Shown here in pieces: positions 9,901 through 17,097 of a DNA stretch of 64,000 bases. How positions within the stretch are numbered: the first letter of the stretch is position 1; each line of letters starts with the position of its first letter. This stretch comes from an uncultured delta proteobacterium (GTDB lineage Bacteria > Myxococcota_A > Polyangia > Haliangiales > Haliangiaceae). Made by a program: the position numbers and the translations under genes. The stretch covers positions 576,001-640,000 of the forward strand of contig CAVUQH010000003.1 of NCBI GenBank assembly GCA_963743525.1, in the 5' to 3' direction. The notes below the pieces were generated by a model. That model did no database searches. It saw nothing but the letters and a program-made list of their open reading frames with translations, and had not been told where the DNA came from.

Positions 9901-10656
9901 TTCACCTCGTTCGCACTGGCGTTCCTCGGGCGGACCCGCGAGGTCAGGGAACGGCTGCCCACGCTCATCACCGAGGCCTACGACCGCGGCAATCTCTACG
10001 CCGCGACCACCTTGCGCGCGTCGGTCGGCTTCTACAACTACCTGGTCGCCGACGACCCGGCCGGTGGCATCGCCGACATCGACGACGCCATGGCCGCCTG
10101 GTCGCCGCGCGGCTTCCACCTGCAGCACGCCCACGAGCTGATGGCCAAGACCAACCTGGACCTCTACGCGGGCAACTATCAGCAAGCCGTCAACCGCTGC
10201 CGCGCGCGCTGGAAGCCGCTCGCCCGCTCCTATCTGCTGCGCGCCCAGGTGGTGCGCGCCCATGCCCACGTCTTCACCGCCCGCGCCCACCTGGCGCTGG
10301 CCTCCCGAACCGGCGATGCCAGCTCACTGCGCGCCGCCGCCCGTTTCGCCCGCTCCCTCGAGCGCGAAGGCCCGGTCTACTGCCTGGGCTTCGGCCGGCT
10401 GCTCCACGCCGGCATCGCCTCGCTTCGCGGTGATGCCGAAACCGCCCTCCGCCAGCTGGTCGAAACCGAGCAGATCTTCGACAGCTGCGACATGACCCTC
10501 AACGTCATGGCCGCCCGCCGCCAGCGCGGGCGCCTCCTCGGCGGCGACGAAGGCGCAGCCCTGATGACCAGCGCCGACGACTACTTCACCCGCGAGGGTT
10601 ACCAGCGCATCGGCCGCGCCGTCTCCGTCGTCGTCCCCGGCTTCGGCGACGACTGA
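6907..10656 (+). CDS. Ser/Thr kinase-like domain + P-loop (AAA_16/STAND-like) ATPase + helical/TPR-like C-terminus
   Basis: LGSGGMGVVY, VALK, HRNLKPSN, DFG, GTPTFMSPEQ; GPSGMGKS Walker A; IAIDDAQWGD Walker B. Confidence 0.93.
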   Translation: MVGALLADRFRLVRTLGSGGMGVVYEAVNTRSGGRVALKTLQQLSPRGIARFKNEFRALADVVHDHLVGLYELFADESELFFTMELVNGVDFMSWVRPMPPGSEPTAPSTETGAATGDTRTTIVGSSISRPQQSSERSHSGELDIRRLRTAMRKLAEGVAAIHQAGMLHRNLKPSNVLVTNDGRVVILDFGLVTSLSEEHYSGDDRARVGTPTFMSPEQGARQSLTSASDWYSVGVMLYLALSGRPPFVGGNDDVLMDKQQFEPPPPNEVAAGVPADLAALCIELLRRDPERRPTGTEVLRRLGSKMVQQLAGSSTGTNSHTSDALLVGREGHLAALHQAESDAAAGRAVVMSVHGPSGMGKSALISRFAGAMREDAVVLRGRCYEQESVPFKAIDGVIDELGSYLATLERLDAEALMPRDMPSLARVFPVLRQVEAVASSRGRSAEAPDPQELRRRAFLALRELLARLTDRTPVFIAIDDAQWGDIDSAAVLATVLRRPDPPPVLVLISFRTDERVASPFLGAFERWLEDEGLDLRSLEVGPLDVADARRLASVQLGRHAGADVAQRIADESAGSPFFVEELSRYVVSRGELPSADNVSLDGALHARLQRLSDDASALLSTIALAARPLPVETAMRAAQVSDPSALSLLKAGSFARTKLLHGSRHVECFHDRIRAAVAGKLSALERQQRHRRLAVVLAMSPNADPELLAAHYHGAGELVVAAKFAAEAGARASQTFAFERAADLYRLALELDPDTGERVNLLVARADALANAGRGPAAAAAYLDASELVTGAQHLDLLRAGSQQLLRSGHIDEGLEALSQVLASQNMSLPHTPNRALLSMVGSRARIATRGLRFRERDESEIPAAQLRRLDVLFSVSYGLAMVNAIRAAAMQSRYLLEALRLGETRRIAYGLAGEAAFVSLVGEKARRRTTKILDLLTELGGRSDDPALHGIVEASKAIVAFQEGRWIECYDQCSRAEQILRDQCSDVNWELSTVNVFTSFALAFLGRTREVRERLPTLITEAYDRGNLYAATTLRASVGFYNYLVADDPAGGIADIDDAMAAWSPRGFHLQHAHELMAKTNLDLYAGNYQQAVNRCRARWKPLARSYLLRAQVVRAHAHVFTARAHLALASRTGDASSLRAAARFARSLEREGPVYCLGFGRLLHAGIASLRGDAETALRQLVETEQIFDSCDMTLNVMAARRQRGRLLGGDEGAALMTSADDYFTREGYQRIGRAVSVVVPGFGDD

Positions 10657-10662
10657 CCCCGA

Positions 10663-10702
10663 TCAGGTGTGGGCGATGTTGACGGCGCTGGCGCGGTCGC
10701 GC
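10663..10702 (-). repeat. Short copy of the CDP-alcohol phosphatidyltransferase 3' end (RDRASAVNIAHT*)
   Basis: TGGGCGATGTTGACGGCGCTGGCGCGGTCGCGC nearly matches 17101-17133 and 12533-12565. Confidence 0.9.
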
Positions 10703-10710
10703 GTGAACGA

Positions 10711-10750
10711 CTGACCGGGGTCAGATCCAACTTTTGAAACTTACGCTCCG
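10711..10750 (+). repeat. Left arm of a 40-bp imperfect inverted repeat
   Basis: CTGACCGGGGTCAGATCCAACTTTTGAAACTTACGCTCCG; its reverse complement matches 12490-12529 at 33/40 positions. Confidence 0.88.
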
Positions 10751-10763
10751 CAACTAGCGGAAG

Positions 10764-11666
10764 TTATTGTGCTTTGGTCCGGAAGCCGGTCACGGAGCCG
10801 CACTGGCGGAAGCCGATGGCTTCGTACAGCGCGCGGGCTCCCTGGTTGTCGGCGTCGACGTTCAACCGGGCGCACGAGAACTGTCGCCGCTCGCCGTCGC
10901 GCAGCGCGGCGGTGATCAGCGCGCGGCCGAGACCGCGGCGGCGCCACGCGCTGGAGACGACGACACTCTCGATGCAGTACTTCTGCCCGTCGTCCTCGAC
11001 CAGCGAATGGCAGAAGCCGACGACGCGATCGCCCTCGCGGGCGAGGAGCAGCAGCGGATCGCCCCAGGCGAACAGGCCGCGGAAGTCGTCGAGGTCGATC
11101 GGGGCAAAGCCGAAGCTTCCCGCGTAGGCCTGGTTGTGCAGCTCGGTCAGGGCATCCCACGGGACCTCGCCGGTTGCCGTTTGGATGCTCGCGTCGGCGG
11201 GTGGCGGTTGGGCGGCCGGGAACGGGGCGGACAGCTCCATGTCGAGCTCTTCGTGGACGGGCGCGAAGCCGCGCGCTCTGAGAAACTGCGCGCCCGCGCG
11301 CCACTCGGCCGGACACATGCTTTGCAGCACGGGCGGGGCTCCGTCCACGAGCTGCTCTCTGGCGGCATCGAGCAGGCGGGTCGCGATTCCGCGGCGGCGG
11401 GTCTGCGGATCGACGACGATGCGCAGGTGGCGCACGGCGCCGTTCGGGTCGCGGAGGATGCCCGAGGTGAGAATGCCGACGATGACGCCATCCTCACGTG
11501 CGACACGGCAGTCGGCTCCGCCGCGGAAGATCGGGTTCGCGGTCATCGCCTCCCACGATTCGCGCGACAACGTGGGCACGGTTTCGTCGCCGGCGTGGAC
11601 GCGCTGGAAGAACGCCTCGACGAGGCCAGCATCACCAGCGGCATATGCGTCGATCCGGACGCCCAT
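10764..11666 (-). CDS. Tandem-domain GNAT acetyltransferase (intact copy)
   Basis: Two acetyl-CoA motifs: VDPQTRRRGIATRLL and VSSAWRRRGLGRALI...NQGARALYEAIGF. Confidence 0.92.
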   Translation of the reverse strand: MGVRIDAYAAGDAGLVEAFFQRVHAGDETVPTLSRESWEAMTANPIFRGGADCRVAREDGVIVGILTSGILRDPNGAVRHLRIVVDPQTRRRGIATRLLDAAREQLVDGAPPVLQSMCPAEWRAGAQFLRARGFAPVHEELDMELSAPFPAAQPPPADASIQTATGEVPWDALTELHNQAYAGSFGFAPIDLDDFRGLFAWGDPLLLLAREGDRVVGFCHSLVEDDGQKYCIESVVVSSAWRRRGLGRALITAALRDGERRQFSCARLNVDADNQGARALYEAIGFRQCGSVTGFRTKAQ

Positions 11667-11670
11667 CTGG

Positions 11671-12216
11671 TCACCGCAGCGCGACAGCGCTCAGGCGCGT
11701 GAGCACGCGCAGCGTCTTGGCCTGGGCGCGCAGATATCGTCGGTCGAGCGAGCGCCCGCTGGCGATCGCTCGGATGTCAACTCTATCCTGATCAGAAAAG
11801 CGGAGCAGCTTGAGCAGGATCGCGTCCTCGGCGCTGACGAACGGAAGTCTGGCACCCGACAGGCTGAGATCGACACGTCGCGCGAGTAGTTTTCGTTCCA
11901 ATGACGCGGGGACGAGCAGCAAGTCGACAGCGATTGGCTCAGGATCGCTCTCCGGTGGAATCAGCATGCGCATCATGCTGATTCGCTTGAACTTGATCGG
12001 CCGGCTTTTCGTGCGCAGGAAGCCGAGCGTTTCGCAGGCGGCTCGCGCGTGGGCGATGTCGTCTGCCTCACCGGCGACGACGATGTCGATGTCGACCGTT
12101 GCTCGCGGTTGCGCCCATGCAGCGACGGCGAGACCGCCGGCAATTGCGTGCTCGACGTGAGCAGTGTCCAGCGCCTGGCTGATACGAGCCAGCCAGCCGA
12201 GCAGCGGGTCAGGCAT
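11671..12216 (-). CDS. Nucleotidyltransferase (DUF6036/AbiEii-like), putative toxin
   Basis: AIAGGLAV...PRATVDIDIVV and SAEDAILLKL...QDRVDI motifs. Confidence 0.8.
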   Translation of the reverse strand: MPDPLLGWLARISQALDTAHVEHAIAGGLAVAAWAQPRATVDIDIVVAGEADDIAHARAACETLGFLRTKSRPIKFKRISMMRMLIPPESDPEPIAVDLLLVPASLERKLLARRVDLSLSGARLPFVSAEDAILLKLLRFSDQDRVDIRAIASGRSLDRRYLRAQAKTLRVLTRLSAVALR

Positions 12217-12406
12217 GCTCGCGGTAGGCTTTCAGCGTCTCGGCTCGCTGTGCCTGCAAGCGCTTGGCGACAAGGATGCGCACCGTACGTTCGCTCGCCC
12301 GCGGGTGCTCGGCTCGGATCGCGGCCCGCATGATGTCGAGACACGCGGAGGTCATCTCGGCCCATTTGCGCAGGCCGTCGGCGTTCGGGGGGGCGCGGCG
12401 ATCCAT
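12209..12406 (-). CDS. Small basic helical protein, putative antitoxin partner
   Basis: 65 aa, IMRAAIRAEHPRASE...VAKRL; overlaps the nucleotidyltransferase start by 8 nt. Confidence 0.65.
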   Translation of the reverse strand: MDRRAPPNADGLRKWAEMTSACLDIMRAAIRAEHPRASERTVRILVAKRLQAQRAETLKAYREHA

Positions 12407-12489
12407 CGAATCGATCGTACAACAAGCCGCGGAGGGACCGTCGCGGGGTTGCCGGAAGCGACGGATTCCCGTGGGGTTCCAAGGAGGTA

Positions 12490-12529
12490 CGGAGCAAGAG
12501 TTGCGAAAGTTGGCTCCGACCCCGGTCAG
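12490..12529 (-). repeat. Right arm of the 40-bp imperfect inverted repeat
   Basis: CGGAGCAAGAGTTGCGAAAGTTGGCTCCGACCCCGGTCAG. Confidence 0.88.
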
Positions 12530-12846
12530 GTTTGGGCGACGTTGACCGCGCTGGCGCGGTCGCGCTTTTTTTCGTCGAGGTAGACGTCGCGGGCGCGCCA
12601 GAACTCGATGGCGACGCCGATCAGGGTGACGGCGAAGGCGGCGGCGGCGGCGGGGTTGACGAGGGCGGGGGCGGCGAGGTGTTCGGCGAGGAGGGCGGCG
12701 GCGAGGAGGGCGGAGGCGCCGAGGACGCGGGCGGCCCAGGGGGCGGCGCCGGTGCTGCGGCGGTGGTGGGCGTAGAGGTTGTCGAGGCCGCCGACGGCCA
12801 GCTCCAGGGCGAGGATGCCGATGAGCGGCCAGGCCCAGGCGTGGGT
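12526..12846 (-). repeat. About 320-bp near-identical copy of the CDP-alcohol phosphatidyltransferase 3' end
   Basis: THAWAWPLIGILALELAVGG...EKKRDRASAVNVAQT* repeats 17094-17414 with a few substitutions; 5' part missing. Confidence 0.95.
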
Positions 12847-12954
12847 CAGGTGACGCAGGTCAGATAACTCAGGCCAGGACCGTCTCGTCGTAAGTTCTCG
12901 GGTGCAGTTCGCGGGCAATAGCCTCCTGATGCTGAGGACCGGACTCGCTTTCGG

Positions 12955-13374
12955 CTAACCGGGAGACTTCTCCAGGCGTCGTTTTAGCCTGTAGAAGGCT
13001 GGACGCGACACATCTAGGATACGAGCCGCCGCGGCGACGTTTCCGTCTGCTGCGAGGAGGGCGTCGCGCAGGGCTCGCTCTTGCGCAACTCGCAACGTGA
13101 ACTGGTGTGGGAGTTGTCGCTTCGCACGACGCCGTGCACATCCTCGTCGGAGTATGCTTGGCATCAGCCGTGGCAACGGCGCTGGATGAATGACGTAGTC
13201 CGCGTAGTGCAAGTGGGGGGTGGGTCGAGACGGATCGGCGACCAGTACGAAGACCGAGATTTGCTCCGCCCAATGTTCCGCGAGCAAGCGGAGTGCTGGA
13301 TCGGTGTCATGCCGCGCGACGATTAGTGTCTTCCCCGCAAGGTCACAGGTGAACGCATGCCGTGCGGTTGGCAC
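12955..13374 (-). CDS. Fis-type HTH regulator with degenerate N-terminal domain; start uncertain
   Basis: TLRVAQERALRDALLAADGNVAAAARILDVSRPAFYRL. Confidence 0.7.
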   Translation of the reverse strand: MPTARHAFTCDLAGKTLIVARHDTDPALRLLAEHWAEQISVFVLVADPSRPTPHLHYADYVIHPAPLPRLMPSILRRGCARRRAKRQLPHQFTLRVAQERALRDALLAADGNVAAAARILDVSRPAFYRLKRRLEKSPG

Positions 13375-13404
13375 ATAGCGGACTCGCGCCCCGCGAATCC
13401 AACC

Positions 13405-14294
13405 GGCCCGATCGACTACACCCGCGAGCAATACAACGCGCTCAACAAACCGAGCGACCCCGACACCAACTGGAGCTACCATGGCGCACGCTGGATGGCT
13501 CCGCAGACCGCACGCTGGCTGACGCCCGATCCGCCCGTCAAGGCCCCGGACCCGAAGTTCATGACTCAGCCATGGGCCCTACATCCCTACCAGTATGTGA
13601 AGCAGAACCCGGTCATCTACTGGGACCCTGACGGCCGTGACGCCTACGGGCGTCAGCCGATCAGTCTCAAGGAGGCCGAGCGAGCTGCAGAGAAAGCGCA
13701 GCAGATGGTCAATGTCTTCTTGGGTCAGACCGAGACGACGGCAAGCCCTACTCTTACGATGATGTCGGACCGCGGGCACTCGATTCCATAGTGAACTACC
13801 AGCCTGACGCGGGCAGCCCGAAGTGCAACATTGCCGTCGCCGACCTCGTTGTTGCCGCTCGGTACTACTCGCCAATCGAACCCAGGAATAGCGAAGGGAA
13901 GATCCACTACAAGGGCACGCGGCTGTTCGACAGAGACACTGCGAGAAAGCGGTCCTATATGGACAAGTTCTTCTCCGAGGTGACCCGGGCGCGTGATATC
14001 CAACCAATGGACATCCTTGTGGGAGGCAGCGGCGGACCTGGTGGCCTAATGGCAGTGCACTTCATGTTGGTGCTTTCGGTGGAGCGAAAGGGAAAAACGA
14101 TCATATTGCACATAGTTGATGCGGGGCTGGATCCCGGACTCCGCCGCCGGGTAGTCAAACACGTTGAGCGCTGGTCGCGTAAGGCCGGGGGATACTTCGC
14201 GGGCAACTCGGGCGATTGGGACTACAGAGTCTACAGGTTGCGCAATCAAACCAAGCGGGATTGGTATCCTCGTCCAAAGGCACCCCACGATTAG
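13405..14294 (+). pseudogene. Orphan Rhs core fragment + C-terminal toxin domain (one frameshift near 13730)
   Basis: DPDTNWSYHGARWM....RWLTPDP...HPYQYVKQNPVIYWDPDG is the Rhs core end with the PxxxxDPxG cleavage motif; no upstream YD body; the tip continues as GKPYSY...KCNIAVADLV...DIQPMDIL...VHFMLV. Confidence 0.85.
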
Positions 14295-14301
14295 GTGATT
14301 C

Positions 14302-14856
14302 ATGTTTTCTAATTGCTGGGTAGGACTGCTGGTCTTCGTCGTGTTGGCGGGCTGGCCTCCACGGGCGGCGGCGGAGCAACCCACGGAGTATCTCCTTTGC
14401 GATGCCGAGGCGCTCGTGGAGGTAGAAGTCCGCCTGGACAGCAATTTACGGCCGGTGGCGGCGCAGATTGTCCGAGTGTATTGGAACGGAACCGGAAGAC
14501 GCATACCCCGCGCGCCAAAGGCGTGGCAGTTCAGGGCCCGTATCGCGGGGAACCTTGGGAACCCAGCGTTGCCGGGTGAGCTGCGCCGGCTGTATGAGCG
14601 CGCTGTCGCCCGGGGTTCGTATCGGGTCATAGTCTGGGGCACCCTCGATGAGGACTCCCGCCAGTTCGTGGTGGCGCCCGGCCAATTCTGGGATTCTCGC
14701 GTGAACTGGCTCGACCATCCCGCTCATCGCATCTGGTGGCGTCTCGTCCAGGCCTTCTTTCGAGCCTATGCGGAGTCAGGAAAGTGTGACGATGATGAGG
14801 TGGACCAGCGTCTACATCGCTTTCGCAGATTCGACGAGAAGCAGTTCCTCCCGTGA
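14302..14856 (+). CDS. Exported protein, putative immunity protein of the Rhs tip
   Basis: AGGTGA SD, signal peptide ending PPRAAA, 7 nt downstream of the toxin stop. Confidence 0.6.
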   Translation: MFSNCWVGLLVFVVLAGWPPRAAAEQPTEYLLCDAEALVEVEVRLDSNLRPVAAQIVRVYWNGTGRRIPRAPKAWQFRARIAGNLGNPALPGELRRLYERAVARGSYRVIVWGTLDEDSRQFVVAPGQFWDSRVNWLDHPAHRIWWRLVQAFFRAYAESGKCDDDEVDQRLHRFRRFDEKQFLP

Positions 14857-16697
14857 ACGATGACGCGAGGCGTGGTGCGCTGCTCCTTGCTGCGCTTGCA
14901 GTTGGTTTGTGGAGTAGCTGCGGCGCCGGTGTTGTTCCGTCCCCTCGTGCAAGCTCGATTGTGAGGGGCGAGCTTCGCGGCTTGCCCCGCGACGCCCTCG
15001 TTCGTGTTCGGGTAGGGCAAGACTTGATTGACATTCGGGGCGGGGCGTTCACATTTCCATCCGCTCTCGAAGAGAGCGCTCTGGCTGGATTGACCTTCAC
15101 AGACCTCCCGGCAGGGTACGGGTGCGTCCTGGCCAACGTGTCGCGCCCTCAAGTTCTAATCCAGTGTGGGCAGCCTTCGCTATCCCGTTTCAGTTTGGGA
15201 TCTGGCGTGCACGATATTGACGTCCGGCCGGGGAAAACCGAGTACGCGACATGGGCAGACGAAGGTAAGCGGACGCTCACGGCGAGCTCGTCGTTGGCCG
15301 GGGCTTCCGTCTCGATCTCCGGAGGGGCGTTCCGTCCGGGGCGAGCTTCGCGGGATGTGGTGGTTGGCGCCATTCACAACCGCATCGGGGTCCGGGTTCG
15401 CTTTGGCAGCGCAACGCGCGCTTACGTCATCAGGATATATCGCCGCCCGAAGGTTGCTTCCCATACGAAGTTCTCTCTCGTCCCTCTCTCTCCTCGTCTC
15501 TATCCACTGCGTACCGAAGAAGCGTCCGTGTCCCTACGAGGGGCAGCGCTTGCAGTAGGGATCCCGAGAGTTCTAAACCGGATGTCCTGTTGTGGTGCGG
15601 TCGAGGTCTTTCGATCGACGGATGCACAGCAGTGGAAAGCGCTCCAACCGCTGATACATGTACACCCCAACACAGGTCTGTTCGGCGCTTCTGTTGCCCT
15701 CCTACAAGACACGCTGCTCGTAGGCGTGCCTGGCGGAGATATCTCCTTCCGGCAGAAGTACAGTCACGGCGAAGTTAACGTCTATGCTCTGCGTGCCGAT
15801 AATTTGATCAGGAAGGCGACGCTGGTTTCTCCCAACGCCCAATCCTGGGATTGGTTTGGCGCAAGCCTGGCCGCTTCGTCTGGCGGCGGCCGAGTGGTGG
15901 TTGGTGCTCCGTCCGAAGATGGTGACGCGACAGACGATCGTCTTCTCGACAGCGGCGCCGTCTACGTATTTCGACGCGATCCAGACGCGTGGCAGGCAGA
16001 GGCGCGTCTCGCCCCACAACATCCAGAATTCATGGAACGATTCGGACACTCGGTAGCGATTTCCGGGGACACGATCGTGGTAGGTGCTCCCTACCATGAG
16101 GGCAATCCGCAATCGCCTGACGCCGATCTGAGCAGCGCCTCCCTGCCGAGCAGTGGCGCGGCCTATGTGTTTCAACGACGTCAAGGAGCTTGGCGGCAGG
16201 TGGCACGTTTGAAGGCACCTGATGCCCACGAGGGAGACTGGTTTGGCGAGAAGGTAGCTGTTGAGGGCTCTACGATCGCCGTAGGTGCTCCGGGATGCCC
16301 GGGACCTTCCGGACCAACCGAAGACGGGGCCGTCTATTTGTTCACACTCGTGAACGGTACTTGGAAGTTCGAGCAACGCATTGCTTCACCGACGCCCGAG
16401 CGCTTGAAACACTTTGGCTTGCAGGTCGTGATGCAAGACCACAACCTCGTTGTCGGAGCGCCGGGTGGCGCGGCTGGCAGTGTCCATTTGTATCGAGATG
16501 ATACCGGTCGATGGCAGCACGTTCTGCAACTGGATGGGAGCGGGTATGGCCATGGCATTGCGATCGACGACACTCGACTGGTCGTGTTCGGGAAAGAAGG
16601 CCGGGCCGCACGAGTGAACATTTACGATCTCATGCTGCCCCAGCCCAACGCCGTGCCGGCGAGCGAGGAGCGAGGCTCTACCTCTGGGCGACGTTGA
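14853..16697 (+). CDS. Lipoprotein with cadherin-like beta-sandwich and FG-GAP (integrin-alpha-like) repeats
   Basis: Lipobox-like LWSSC; repeated FG.S(V/L)A...VVGAP....GAVYVF units. Confidence 0.85.
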   Translation: MNDDARRGALLLAALAVGLWSSCGAGVVPSPRASSIVRGELRGLPRDALVRVRVGQDLIDIRGGAFTFPSALEESALAGLTFTDLPAGYGCVLANVSRPQVLIQCGQPSLSRFSLGSGVHDIDVRPGKTEYATWADEGKRTLTASSSLAGASVSISGGAFRPGRASRDVVVGAIHNRIGVRVRFGSATRAYVIRIYRRPKVASHTKFSLVPLSPRLYPLRTEEASVSLRGAALAVGIPRVLNRMSCCGAVEVFRSTDAQQWKALQPLIHVHPNTGLFGASVALLQDTLLVGVPGGDISFRQKYSHGEVNVYALRADNLIRKATLVSPNAQSWDWFGASLAASSGGGRVVVGAPSEDGDATDDRLLDSGAVYVFRRDPDAWQAEARLAPQHPEFMERFGHSVAISGDTIVVGAPYHEGNPQSPDADLSSASLPSSGAAYVFQRRQGAWRQVARLKAPDAHEGDWFGEKVAVEGSTIAVGAPGCPGPSGPTEDGAVYLFTLVNGTWKFEQRIASPTPERLKHFGLQVVMQDHNLVVGAPGGAAGSVHLYRDDTGRWQHVLQLDGSGYGHGIAIDDTRLVVFGKEGRAARVNIYDLMLPQPNAVPASEERGSTSGRR

Positions 16698-16799
16698 CGG
16701 CGCTGGCGCGGTCGCGCTTCTTCTCGTTGAGGTAGACGTCGCGGGCGCCCCAGAACTCGATGGACGTCGAAGGCGGCGGTGGCGGCGGGGTTGACTAGC
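16683..16799 (-). repeat. Degenerate copy of the CDP-alcohol phosphatidyltransferase 3' end
   Basis: LVNPAATAAF..IEFW.ARDVYLNEKKRDRASAVNVAQ with an internal deletion. Confidence 0.9.
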
Positions 16800-16810
16800 C
16801 TAGGGGCTGG

Positions 16811-17097
16811 GTGGCGATGCCGCGCCGCCGGGCGCGCGGATCGACGACGATGCGCATGTGGCGAACGCCGCCGTCCGGGGCGTCGAGAATGCCAGAGGTG
16901 AGAACGCCGACGATGGCGCCCTCTTCGCGCGCGAGACGGAAGTCGGCGCCGCCGCGGAAGATCGGGTTCGAGGTCATCGCCTCCCACGCTTCGCGCGACA
17001 CCGTGGGCACGGAGTCGTCGCGCTCGTGGACGCCGTCGTAGAACTGCTCGATGAGGGGCGCGTCGTCGCCGGTGTACGGGTCGAGGCGAACGCTCAT
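16811..17097 (-). pseudogene. 5' third of another GNAT copy, truncated
   Basis: MSVRLDPYTGDDAPLIEQF...SREAWEAMTSNPIFRGGADFR...RRRGIAT; ATGA-coupled to the upstream gene's stop and cut off at the next repeat. Confidence 0.92.

Noticed and set aside
10717..12523. Bona fide Tn3-family transposon
   Set aside because: The ends start with GGGGTC, but there is no transposase or resolvase and no 5-bp direct target duplication; kept only as an unassigned inverted-repeat module
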